Assembly: GCA_013265495.1 (NCBI GenBank)
Contig: MU058636.1
Coordinates: 5,243,741 to 5,307,740 of the forward strand
DNA from: Vicugna vicugna
Lineage: Eukaryota
DNA: 64,000 nucleotides
Direction: 5' to 3'
Made by a program: the position numbers and the translations under genes. The notes under the pieces were generated by a model. That model did not search any database. It was not told the origin of the DNA and saw only the letters and a list, made by a program, of their open reading frames with translations. This document shows, piece by piece, positions 12,835-25,720 of this stretch (position 1 is the stretch's first letter; each line of letters begins with the position of its first letter).

Positions 12835-13285
12835 TGTAGTAGTTATACCTGGGGGCCCCATGGAACCATGCTTCTTAGTAATCATGCCCTGTGTACTTGC
12901 CTCCCACATGGACTATGGGCTAGAACATGTGACTTGTTTTGGTCAGTGAGACAGCAGCAAGTGTGATGCAAGCAAAAGTTTGATCACTACGCTGACATTG
13001 GAACTCTTCTTTCTGGATCACTCTCTCTTAAAAGCCAGTACTTGGTTGGGCTAGATCATTGAAAAAATTAAGCCACATGGAGAGAGACTTAGTGAGAGAA
13101 AACACCATCTTGGACATTCCCAGCCCAACTGGGATCCCAGTTGAGTGCAGCTATATGAGTGACCTTTGCTACGTTACATGGAGCAGAACTGCCCAGTTAA
13201 GCCCAGTTAACCTACAAAATCAACTACATCCTTGTAGATCCCCTAATTGGGGTGGTGTGTTTTGCAGCAACAGATAACTGAAATA
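12835..13285 (+). mobile_element. MaLR solo LTR (MLT1-like)
   Basis: tgtagtag...catgtgacttgttttggtca...ggtggtgtgttttgcagcaacagataactgaaata has the typical MLT1 termini. Confidence 0.75.
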
Positions 13286-14829
13286 AAGAGGAAGGAAATA
13301 AGGAAGTAATTCATAAAAATTTCCTGGAACTGTAGGACGTGAATTTCCATATTGAACTTGGAACTGGGGAAATTGTTACAGATCATACCTGCTGTGGTGT
13401 TTCAGGATCCTTTCTCCTAGGAACTCACAGTCACCTCTTTAGTCAGTGGGTTATAGATCTGAAAACCGGCAATCTGGGAACCCAGCGAGGGATGATGACT
13501 TTTTATTTTGCTCTATTAACCATCTTCACAACTCCCTGCAGAGGCTGGCAGTTCCTCCATGCCATTGCTGCAGTATTTGGGCCTCTTGGCTTCTGGCTTT
13601 AAGCACTACCTGCTGCCTCATCTCTATTATTTAGGGTCTCATCACTCCCCTGGATGGTAACAAGCCCAGCTCAGTGATTACCTCTCTCACCATCAGCCCT
13701 GGCCTGCAGTGGGGTGTGTGCCACCACTGAATTTCTTAGTGATGCTGGGGCCCCCTCGTCCTCATGGCCTCTGTGAGTGGTGTGTCTCCTTCCCTGGCAT
13801 GCCTGTGAAGTGCTGACCTCTGGTGGGTGGGTTTGGCCTCACATAATATATTCATTCCATCAGGCCTCCTTCTCTTGGCTTCTTTTATTCTTTCCTCTGT
13901 CAGCTATCAGGGCAACTCAAGCATTTCTGCCCACTCAGGATTGGCCATCACATTCTCTGGGCTTCTCAGAGCCATCCTAGCAGCAAGTCTGCCCCATCGC
14001 CTAGTGTCTTTCTCAGAGCATTTAAACACATTTCTGGAGAGAGTGCTTCCTAATCAATACTCTGTCTTGTCCTGTCTTATATTCCAGTCCTTTGGTCAAG
14101 GACCCTCAAGGTACTCCTCCAGTTCATGCCAGTCCATACTAAATCTTGAAGCCACTTTGGTATGTGACACCTTTCCTCTATCAGGCTCAGCTGTATCCAG
14201 GTGGGTTATGCTGGGATTTAACCCTAGTTAGAGGCCTGTCAGCTCCTAAAGAGGGCACTGTTGGCTTTTAGGGGAGAGGCCCCTTCAGCATAGGGAAGTG
14301 CTGTATCTCACTAGGGAGGGGGTAGGCCACCTCTGTGCGCTCCAGATGTACCTAGGGGTCTGAAGAGCCCAACTTCTCAGGGACAACTACCTTCCAAGTT
14401 TCAGAGTCCCAGGTTTTCCCAGTCAGGGCTCTGACTTGGCATAATAGACCTGCCTTGGCTGAGCATTTAAACATCTCTGGAACTCTGTAGCCCTATCAGG
14501 CCCTAGGTCTGATGCTAAATTGTGTCTGTGCTTCCACTACAGGAGATAAGGCTCTCTCTGTAAGCTACCAATAAGACCCTCTGGCTCTCATATCTCTGTG
14601 TGGGGACCCAATACAATATAGCAGGAACCAGCCAATTCCCTCGCCTACAGGCACTGGAATGCCTGGGTCATGCACCTATGGCAGAATTCCACTCCACCAG
14701 GACATTTCCCCAGTTACTACTGGGGAAATATTTAGCAATCAGGGCACCATCTTGTGCCAGGAGACCATCTGCCCCCTAAATATCACTCAGAATGGCATTC
14801 TCTTTGCCTTCTGGGAAGTGAAACCTCAC

Positions 14830-15282
14830 TTGCATTTGTTTAGTCTTCTGAAAAGCAAATGTCAAGACAGCATTAGGTGTGCAGGACATTTATTGAGGGG
14901 AAACAACTGTGAAGGATAAAGGGGAGCAAGTCAGAGAAGGCAGATGCACCTTTAGACCATAATGCATGTCTGACACTTGTGAACAAGACTGGGTAGGAAG
15001 GAGGGTGGGGTGGGAAGAGTCTCAGATATCCAGTTTAAGTCTAAGATTTAGCCAGGCCAATGAGGAGTCCTTGAGCCAACACTACCTTCGTAGGGGTCCA
15101 TGGCTTGCAGGAATGGGTCTGCCTTAGTAGCCCTGCCATGTTCAGTCATAATGGGGCAGCTATGAGAATCATGGCCTCAGGGCCAATGCTGTGGACAGTC
15201 AAAGGGGTAGCAGCTGGTGCCATCAGTCACTTATGCTCCTCACAGCAGGAGACTTGAGTGGCGCATTTTCATGGCTACTACA
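14830..15282 (-). mobile_element. ERVL LTR (LTR16-like); 13380-14830 may be its decayed internal region
   Basis: The reverse strand begins tgtagtagccatgaaaatgcgccactc; a reverse polyA-like signal reads tttattg at ~14889. Confidence 0.6.
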
Positions 15283-17519
15283 AAGACCAGTGAGTTATGC
15301 CATTGAGAAGAAAGGAACGAAAATTATTTCCAACAAGAATTTACTTGTCTACACTATCAGTCATTCGTGAGGGTAGAATAATGAGATTTCAGGACATTCA
15401 AAGACTCAGAGAATACATCTTCCATGAACACTTTATTAGGAAGTTATTGGAGGATAAACTCCATGTAACAGGATATAGACAAGAAGGTAGAAGACGTGGG
15501 ATATTCAGAACAGTAGGTCTAACCCAGGAGCAGATGATGAATTGTAGACCTAGGAAATCAGCTGCGCAGCAGACCTAAGAGCAACCGGTCCAGGAGAGTG
15601 GAAGATTCCAAAAGTGTGTCTCCAGGTCAAGTATTGGAGGCTGACGTGACCTTGCAGAAGTTTGTGCTGAGAGGCTATTGGAAAGTATGGGAAGAATTAG
15701 CCACAGGCACAAAGAAAACTGAGGAAGTGAAAAAGCCATGCAATTAATAACTTCAAGGAAAACAAAAATAGGAAATAAAATTTAGTCTTAATGACCATTA
15801 TAATGCTCAGCTGTAAGTAATAGCCATGTTGGTAGAATCATGTCAGTACTGAATATTGGTTATTCAAACCCAAACCTGCTGTATAACAGAATTGCCTGTA
15901 TGAGAGAACTAAATCCTCACTTACTGTAACAGTAAGTCAGTGGATACTGTCTGAAGTAGGGAGGTATGGGAATGTGTAAATTTCAGAGGAAAAAGGTCAT
16001 AAAAGTCAAAGATGGTTACCTCTGGAGAGGAAACTGGGGACAGTAGAGGTGAGCAGTAAGGCAGGAAATGGATTTTTTTTTGTTGTTTTAAGTTGCATAA
16101 AAATTTAAAAAAGAAATAATATTACCATCACTTTAAAACTTAATTTTGCCAGTTATCACACACATTTGTAGCATTTTGGTCTGGAGAATTCTTTTTGAAT
16201 CAAGCATTTCCCAATTTTCAGATGAATGCCAAGTGAGTTTTCATCTTTTCGATGATAAAAATGTTGAAAAGAAATAGTACGAGCTATGAGTAAACCCTGT
16301 GGGATATTTTTAGTCACGTTCTCTCAAGTGGGCATCTCCCATTAATCAATGTTTCGAACATCTATCAATGTTTGACACTTAATAAGAAACTGGTACATTT
16401 TTGTTTAATCAATGAATACTCTTAGAATATAGTCCTTGAAGCATTAATTATTCGTACAGCAACATTACTGTCTTACATATGCCTTGCTTTTCCTTTTCTT
16501 GACCCCAGGAATATCCTAAGAAGGCCTGGCAACTGTCAAAATTATTACATAGAGAGTCTATTGTGTTCCCAGATAACTTATATAATACTGCAAAAAATTA
16601 TTCGAGGTTAGTTTGGCACTTACTTAATGAATCCCTGTTGCCTCCTCATTATCTTCTCTTCCTCAGTACTGATGTACTTTTATCAAGCCATTATGTAATT
16701 TTGCTTATGGATCTGTTGTTTCTGAAATTCATATTTTCTCCCTTTTTAAAACTAAGAACACTTTCATTTTTCAAGCACCTTGATTTCTGTGATCCCTCAA
16801 AGTACCTGATGACTGCTCCATGATCATAATTGCAAATTCTTTTTGGGGATCCCCTGTTGGAGATGATGAACTTGAAATAGCATGCAGTCTCCTGGAACGC
16901 TTTCCTCCGGCAGTAATTAGGAATCCAAGTTTTAAGAATGTAGTCTGAGGAGAGATACAGTAGAAGGGCAAGAGGTAACAGAGTTGGACATGCTGGTGAC
17001 AGTAGTTAAAAGGATGCCTCAGGATACATAAAGACAATCTGAGAAAGAGCTGGAAGGCAAGGGCAGGACTGGAGGTCTTCAGGAGACCCAACATGGGTAG
17101 CAGTCAGAGAATTGAAATGATTGGTCTGTGACCTCAGAAGGCGATATTGAATTTCGTATGAACTTCAGGTAATACACTGATTTTAGAAATATATGACTTC
17201 TATATAAATAAGCTCAATCACTCAATCATTGAGAGCCTGTACCTATTATTCGAGTCACGTGCTGTAACTGCACACAGTCTGTAACCCTGGGTTTTATTTC
17301 ATACAGATGCAATTCTGCTGAGGAAGCTCAGAGTAACACATGGGTTGATAGTGTGATCTGCTGGGGGGCCTGCTGCAGAGGGTGATGCCTAGTGGGGTGA
17401 ACAGGTTGTTTCACGCAAGTGAAGTGGGCCACGTAGAAGGAGTTGTGTCCTTTGGGGAGCGTTATCGCAATGAAATCTCTGTCAGGAGGGATGAGGTATG
17501 GTCCTGTTTTGCCAGAAAA

Positions 17520-18620
17520 ACACATGCAGGAAATTAAATACACACAAACTGAAAAAGGAACAGTCAGAGAATATTAAAAAAAAATTCTTGAACCTCAACA
17601 GTGTGATTGTTGAAAAAAGTTTAGTAAAAGGATTGAAAAGTGAAGTAAAAGAAATACTCCCAAAGTAGTACAAAATGACAAAGAATTGGGAATATTAAAG
17701 AAAGTGGAAAAAAATTTAGAAGATCAAACACAGAAGTTCAACATCAAACTAATAGGAGTTACAGAAAAGGAATAAGGAAATGAAAAGCAGGCAATTATAA
17801 AAGAAATAATATAAGAAAATGCTCTCAAACTGCAGAACACAAGCCTTTAGCTTTGAAGACCCTTCTGAGGTCCTGGCCCAGTGAATGCACAGTTACAGAG
17901 GGGTTTAGAAAGCTTGCTTTCCCTAAGAAGCTAATGGAAGCCATGCACCAACAAAATTACAGAGTAAATAAATGGGAAGAAATGGGTTCTAGAAAAGTAT
18001 GGCTCCAATCCGTAAGAAATAAAGAAAAATCCTAGGATGAGAATAGTTCTAGACAGCACCTAGTCCAGATGTAGCCAAGAGAATGGAGTGTTCTAGCAGG
18101 GAAGGGAGAGCTCCCAGTGAAAAAGTAGACTTAATAGAATAGACAGTATGGGAGTGAATATGATGGAGAATCACAAAAGCATTAAAACACACATGGAATA
18201 TTATGCAAGTTTAGTAATGAGGTGATTATTTACTCAAGGGAAATTTAAAAAGCTGTCCCCATAAAAGGGGAAATGTTAATGGTGTCCTGTTTGGCTCTGC
18301 AATGAACAATATTTATATAAGAACCTTGATGTGAATATTGAGTGATGATTTGAATAACAACCGACATTTGGGAGAACAAAGGAAGAAAACTGGCGGACGT
18401 GAGAGCTAACTCTTCATTATAAGGAGTTATTCAGGTTTGGAAGAAGCATTTTATTTAGGAATATGACGGTAATTACTAGAAGGAGCAGCTAAAAGTTAAA
18501 TGTAGCTGTCTGCAGGGAGCAGAAGTGGGAGTTTGAGGAGGGGGGAAGACACTATTTTTCATAAGCCTTTGGTACTGTTTGATTTTAAACTGCAGGAATG
18601 AATTTATTTAGTTGAAAATA
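17520..18620 (+). mobile_element. Ancient L1 (L1ME-like) fragments
   Basis: ORF1-like A-rich text (gttcaacatcaaactaataggagttacagaaa) resembling 12790-12825. Confidence 0.5.
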
Positions 18621-18989
18621 ATTTTGAAAAACCTGTACCACTGACTAATGCCTTACAGTTTCTGAAGTGCTTTTGTGTATTTTGGGGGACAGACAAATTA
18701 GTTGAGAGGTTCAGAGAGTTTAGTTGATCGAGCTGGGATCAGAACCCAGGTTTTCCAAACCCCTGTTCCCAGTGCGCATTAAGTTACTCCATACTGCCTT
18801 CGGCACAGCGCAGGTTTCATCTGTGGGTGTGCTGGTGATGTCTAGACCAAGAATGAGTTCATCCTAGTCTACACATCAGCACTCTGAAATGGAGGAAAAT
18901 GAGGCCTAACGTCTCACCAATATCTTTAACCTTCATTAACGTCTAGAGACTCACCACTGCTAATTAAGAAAACAAGCACTAACCCACAG

Positions 18990-19440
18990 ATGTCTGTTCC
19001 GCGTACTATTGCTGTGTGGTATGCCCAAACTTACTGACTTTAAATAACCATTTTATTTTGCTTACATGTTTGGGTCGAAATTAAGGAAGGGCTCATCCGG
19101 GCAGTGCTCATCTGGGCACTGCAAGTCATTTAAGCTTCCACCGAGCTGGGCGGGATTGGCAGTTGGTGCTGGCTGTTGACCAGATACCCCTGAGCCTCGT
19201 GATGATGGTGGCCTCAGGTCTGTCAGACTTCCAACGTAGCAACTGGCTTCCCCTCCAGCAAGCATCCCAAGAGAACTAGGAGGAGGTGGTGCTGACTTTT
19301 GATTTCACCTCGATGTTACGTAGTGTCACTTCTGCCAGAGCGGTCACGACCCCCAGACTCAGGGAAAGGGGCACGGATCTCCTGGTGGGGGAAGTGGCAA
19401 GGTCACACCTTTGAGGACCGTGGGGGATGTGGTTGGAAAG
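18990..19440 (-). mobile_element. MaLR LTR (MLT1-like)
   Basis: ctattgctgtg...cccaaacttactgactttaaataaccattttattttgct is a reverse MLT1 3' end. Confidence 0.65.
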
Positions 19441-21229
19441 TCTATTTCAGCACAGCATCACACACTTTCTAGCTCACAGTGATTTGCTGAAAGTGCCTTT
19501 TTCCATCTCCTGAGAACCTATGCATCTTTCAATTTATGGTTTAGAAACTACCTCCTACGTGAAGACCTCCCTGATTTCCCTCAACATGAAAGAATCTTTC
19601 TTTTCTCTGAACCCCCATCGTGTTTTTTAAAAAATCCTTTTTATGACACTTTCATTCTTGGGTCATAATCATTTTGTTACCTGTGCTGTGACCCCTCGTT
19701 ATCTCCTGCATAATGACTTGCTCATTGTGTAAATATTTGCTTAGTGAAATAATCATTACGTGATAAATCCTTTAATAGTCGTGAAAAAGTGCGTTTCAAT
19801 TCAGAGGTCTTCTTTTTTTCCCCTCACAATTCTCATTTCTGAAAAGTGAAAGAAACCAAACAATCTGTCACGAGGGGTTACAGCAGAAACTGTGTGTAGC
19901 TGTTTCCTGGTGTTTATTGCAACTCTGTGAGAAATAAAGAAGACGGGGGAATGAAAACCATGTCATTGACAATCTGATAGAAAAATTTTTCTTCTTTTTT
20001 TTTTCCTTTTCCTTTGATGTTTAAACCCTGTGGTTTTTAACTTTCCCTTTCGTCATAGAGGAAGACGGGTCAAGCAGCTATGATTCGAGTTCTCTGTTCT
20101 AGAAACACTCTCACAGGTGTTAAACACATTTGGCCTCCACTCCGGCTCCTGCGCCCTCACTCACTGCCTTCCAGTGGCAGGAAGGGCTAGCTGCTGTGCC
20201 TTGGGGCCCTTATTTGTGCCCCATCCTCTACCTGGAATGGTCTCCCCACCCTACTTCCAGATCCACAGCTCCCTCACCTCCTCTGGGCCCCTGCTCAGAA
20301 GCCACTTTCTCAAACCAGGCACACCCTGGACACCCATTTAAAATGCTTCTCCCAGCACCCGGACTTAGTGGGAGTAGAGAGGACCCCTTCCTGGCTCAGG
20401 AAGTGCTTGCCCGGGGCCTGGAGGAGAGAGGAGTTCACCAAATTCATAGATACTGCCGATGAAATGTGTGACCATGAATTTCTTGGGTTGGATTTTTAGC
20501 TTCAGAATAGAAGACCTTGGAAGAGCAGTTAAAAAACAAAACAAAACAAAGCAAACAAACACACAGCCTCTGGCATAAGAGTGGCTGTGAAAACGCAGTC
20601 TGCCATTCCTTACTCGATCCCCAGACAGAAGCACATTCTTTGGATTTAGTAGTTGCTCAACACTGCAGGGCCCAGAAGCTTATGCGTGTTAGTTAACACC
20701 CTCGATGAACATTTGTAAATGAATCCAACCAAAGCCCGAGGGGACCAGCTTTTTGTGTGTGTGTGATAAAGAATAATCTTTGGGGATTATTTAGGATCAC
20801 AAAGGGAGACTGTAAGGAAAAATTTTCCTAGACTTGGAAATGGGGCAGAAGGATTACCAATGTCTTTCTGAACTGAAGCCAGGAGCGGGCCTGGCCAGGT
20901 TAATCCTACCGCTGATTCTGACTCTATGGGGTGCAGAAGGGAGTGAGCCTTTGTTAGAGTTGCTACTTACTGTGGATTAGGGTATTTTAAGTTCTGTAAG
21001 GGCAGATGTTAATGGAAAGGATTCCTGCCTAATAGGAGCACATATGGATTTTGTCCTATTGAGATGGAAAATGAAAAGATTTAAACTACGACATAGTCAA
21101 TGAAAGGAAAATCAAGATTCTTGTGAGTGCCACCGAAAAGGAAAAAAAAAGGCATTTTTTTCTCCTTGGCACCCAGGCCTCCTTTATTTTGTTCTATATT
21201 TTCATACTACATTTCACCTTCTAACATTC

Positions 21230-21390
21230 TTTTAAATTTACATTCATTAAAATTTGTTGTCTCTCCTCCTGCTAAGATGGAAGCTCCACGAGGGCAGAGG
21301 CTTTGTCTGATTTGTTCACTGTTGGATTCCTAGGTGCCAGGATGAGGCCAAGTATAAAGTAGGTGCTCAGTGAACACGTGCAGAATGAAA
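21230..21390 (+). mobile_element. L2 3' end
   Basis: aagctccacgagggcagaggctttgtctgatttgttcactg...gtaggtgctcagtgaa. Confidence 0.7.
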
Positions 21391-24300
21391 ATATCCCTTA
21401 ATGTAGGCCAGTGACTTTCAAATTTTTTTGATCTTGACCCCAGCCTTAAGAAAAGCATTTTACATGTTTGATGCATTCACAGCAGGAGTTACTTACTACA
21501 GGCAGGGCACTCTGATATTTTCTAATTAGTTCTATTTTATTTCAATTTTCAAAATTGCTGTGGCTGTGTGTAATTTGATTTCACGGCTGGAATCTGTGGT
21601 ATGAAAAACTTTGACTTAAGACCATGTTGAAACTGCTACCACATAAGGCAAATGGGTAAAAAAAGAGGGGGAAAAGGGCCAGCGGATTCCTTTCTATTAT
21701 CGGCTACTCCATAAAGCATATTTCATATTTCTGTAATCTTATCCTGTCTGACAATGTAGAAGCCCTCACACATTCACATGTCACTTTCTCTTTAGGTGAA
21801 AAGTGTTCTCTACTGCAAGGGAATTGAGTTATTTAAAAAGCAGAAAGCTGTAAATGAGCCTGCGAACTGTTAAATGATCTTAAAGTCTCAGAGAGAGACA
21901 GTCAGTTGGCATCTGCTGTTGATAACTCAAAGCAGGAGAATTAGGTGATGAGGCAGAGGTAAATATTTAGAAAGTAAAGGTGACTATTATGGAAGAAAAA
22001 CTCTTTCCTCAATCCCATTGAAATCAGAGAGTAGCCATTGCATGAGGGCATTATAGGATTACTTTGCTCATTATAGTAGCAGATGTTTACCGAAAAGAGC
22101 CTGGCTGACTGATGAAGCTTAGGATGTTTTTGCTGATCTTGTGAACACATCCCTTATCAGAGTCCTTTATCTTCTTGTCGCTCTTTCTCATCTAGCCTGA
22201 TGTCGCCTTACCTGTTCCTTTCACGGCTCTCATTTTGTTGCTGTTAGAAAAACAGAAGCAAAGCCCAGGGATTTGAATTCCTTTGTGTCTTTGATAATGT
22301 TGTGATTAATGGACCAGACAGATTCTAGTCACAGGCCAGATATTTTGTTAGCAACCTAGCATCGACGATTTGGAAGGATTTTCATATCAGCGTGATTTAG
22401 TATTAAATAGAGTGATTTAAATGATGTTGATTAGTTCTGTACAGATAAATTAATGAGGCAAGAAACCTAATCTCTGATTTATTGATGTATTTACACAGTG
22501 AGCTATGAAAAGATTTTCATTTGAAGGAATTTTTAATTTAAAAACAACTGAATAAGGCCTTTTATGTAACCTACTTTGGAAAAATTAAGACAAAAGGATC
22601 ATAAGTAAGAAAACTCTAAAATTACACCACGATTAAAAAAAAAAATCTACCTTAGTCTTTATCTTGCCGAGTTGTAAAAGCATGCCTTTAATTGAGTGAG
22701 TTCTTACAGGATCTCAAATTTGTTTATATGTGTATTAAGGGATTCTATATTTGCCAATGACCAACCCCAACTAAAGCTAGGTTTTATTTAAAGGTTAAAG
22801 AAGAAACGGGACTTTATTAGAAGGACACTAGAGTAATTCTCAGAACTGGGGAAGAGCTCCAGGGACTCTGGGAATCGAACTTGCAAATCGCCATTATCAT
22901 CAAGGAGGACAGTCTTTCTCCCTCACTACACACGTGCGCACCTGAGGTCCTGTGCGCGCCTTCTTGCGCCTGCGCACACACGCATGTGCGCGTGCTTGGG
23001 TCAGCTCGGCTTCTTCACGTCCGCTGCAAGGATCTCTTCCCCTGTCAGCAACTCCGGATATACTTCCTTCCACTCCAGACTTGGGAGACACCCTTGCCTC
23101 TACTCCAGTAGAAAAATCTCAAGGAAGATGTCTCATTGGCTAGGCTTGGGTAATTCGATTTCAAGTAGAAGAAGAGAAAACTGTATTTTATTTGTACAGC
23201 TTTCCTGTAAGACCAGTGGATAACGCTAACAATTTCTTGAGAGCAGATATTGTACCTTATCCACGTTCAGTGTTTCCAGAACCAAGTATGACAGTACAAA
23301 GTAGGTGCTTCATACACCCGTTATCAAACTGTGCACTTAAAAATTGGTAAAAAAGTAAATCTTATGTTCTGTATATTTTACCACAGTAAAAAAGGAAAAG
23401 AAATCTGTTATCTAACTTATTGTCCATTTCTCAAAACTAGCAGATGCCATGATTTCCTGTGATTTCTAGAGGAGATCTAATCTCAGACTTAGTTCCATAG
23501 GATTGAATGATAGTTTTAGCAATCATACGCAGTAATCAGATTCACCTTGAAGATCTTATAGATTGGAAATCAAAATGTTATGCTATAGAACATACCAATA
23601 TATCAGATCTGGATGGAGAGGTCTTAATATCAGGGTCATATATTTTCTTTTGGGATGTTTTTTGGAATGTTGGGGGTCAGTTTTTCTATCTGTGTTATGT
23701 ATTTAGTAAGTAGTGGCATTCATCTAATCCTGCAATTTTGTTCATTTCTGTATTCCCAGTACTTATGTGTCTAGATTTAGTAAGTGTTCAATAATGATTG
23801 TTAAATGAATGACTATAAATTTATTGGCATGAGAACTAAGCTGTCTATCAAACTAGTCACCTTTATAAATCAGTAAAGGTATTTGAATATGTAGCTCCAG
23901 CAAATATCTTCAACTCTTCAGGCCGACTGTTAGTCTAGCTTTGTACTGCACATGAGCTGTTATCTTCAACACTTTCCTTTTCATTGCCTAGCTCTAGTGA
24001 ATTACAACGTGATGTGGACTGAATTAAAGCCCCAATTTTGTCATCTCTTCATCGTACCCTCACCCTTTGCCCAGTAATGTTGCTGTGTCTTCCGCTCTGG
24101 GTTTGCATTCAGCCCCATCCTTGACGCTGGCCTTGGCCAGGTGACTTGCTTTAGACATCAGGATGTGAGTGGTGATGAGATATGAAATTGTTAATTTGTG
24201 GGAGGCTGTAAGGCTTGGTGATTGAGCTAGAGATTCTACTTATTTAATTTGCTAAGAAGTACAAAATAAAGTCAAGCGAGCCCGGCTGCTGCCTATTTCC

Positions 24301-25059
24301 ATATATTTGTATGGCTGGGTGTCAGGGAAGGTGAACGTGAGACCCTGGGCACAGGTGACCGCCTAGGTGATAGGGGCAGGTCCCACGCAACTTTTGAGGA
24401 GACTACACAGAGACTACTGGTTATTTTTGTGGATAAAAATTATAGCTGGCTGTTTTTTTTTGAAATTATTTATATGTTCTATTAGTTGGTTGTTTTGTGG
24501 GAGGCTGCCTGAAAACTCTACCTGAAGGAACAGCAGTTTATAATCCACGGGGCTGTGCTGATAGAAGTAAGAGGAATACTTTGGTCTACAATCACGAACA
24601 TTAGGCCAATCGGAGTATTTACGTAACAGCCCAGTGTAGCAGTGACTTTTAAGAAAGGTCTCAGATGTGTAATTGTGATACTGTTCTTGAACTTGTGGCA
24701 AAAGGATGCCAAAGTGGGGAAAAAGTCTTCAGTTCTCCCTGCAATTTTTCTAGTCCTTTGACCTTTCTCAAAAGAGTGTACCTTTAATTTAGAACTAACA
24801 CAACATCTTGAGGGCTCTTTTGTGTAGGATGTAGACACAGATTAGCTGTTTGAATGATTTTCTGTTTATGGGCTGCATTTTCAGTTCTTTTACCATTCAT
24901 CTCAGTCCATTTAATTAAGATTATTTGAAGGATTAGATTAATCCTTTAAGAATTATTCCATTTAATTTTTTAAAAAAATCTAAGAAATGATTTAAAAAAG
25001 TGACCTGCTTAGTACTACCTCTGGAATACATTTGAATGATTAATACCATCCTGTCTTCT

Positions 25060-25720
25060 CCAAGTTCAGACTCATTTACCCAGCTCCCAACCAGGCATCT
25101 TCACTGAGATAACAAACTCCTGACCTAAACAGAACTTGACCACTTCCCTTCCCCAGTCCCTTACTTTGTTGCTTTCTCAGTTGTCCTTGATTCTTTCTCC
25201 TCCGCATCAGTCATGTGTAACAGCCAGCTCATCAGCAAGTTCTACTGATTCCATCTTCAACAATAGCCTAAATCTGGCCTCTCCTTGCTATCTCCTTTGG
25301 TCCAAAACCAGCATCATCTTTTGCCTGGACCATTGCGCTAGCTGCCTAACTGGTCTCCTCGCTCCCATCTTGCCTTCCTAGAGTCTATTCCCTACACAGC
25401 AACCAGTGACCTTTTAAAAATCATAAACCAAACTTACTACCACCACACTTGAATAATAATCGTTAATGAACTATCACAATTCTAAGTGCTTTCCATATAT
25501 TGAACTTATTTAATCCTTATAAAGATGTAAAGATAAGGTGCTACTGTTAACCCTATTTTACAGCTGAGGAAACAGAGGCACAGAGAGATTATGTGTCCAA
25601 GGTCACACAACTAAGAAGCATACAGTTAGAACAGTCTGACTGAATCCACGCTCTTAACCGCTATGCTTTATTACCTAGCGGCTTTCCTCTCACTCAGGAC
25701 AAAATCCAGACTCCTCACTA
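25060..25720. mobile_element. L2 fragment with a MIR inserted at ~25450-25675
   Basis: L2 motifs (gcctaactggtctcc, gtctattccctacacagcaaccagtga) flank a MIR core (cctattttacagctgaggaaacagaggcacagagag...ccaaggtcacac). Confidence 0.7.

Larger units (their letters stand above)
11350..16130 (+). mobile_element. Old, fragmented L1 (5' UTR/ORF1 region) interrupted by younger insertions
   Basis: A-rich ORF1-like stretches at 12550-12834, 13286-13360 and 15290-15600 (e.g. gtccaacattcaaataataggagttccagga). Boundaries are approximate. Confidence 0.55.
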
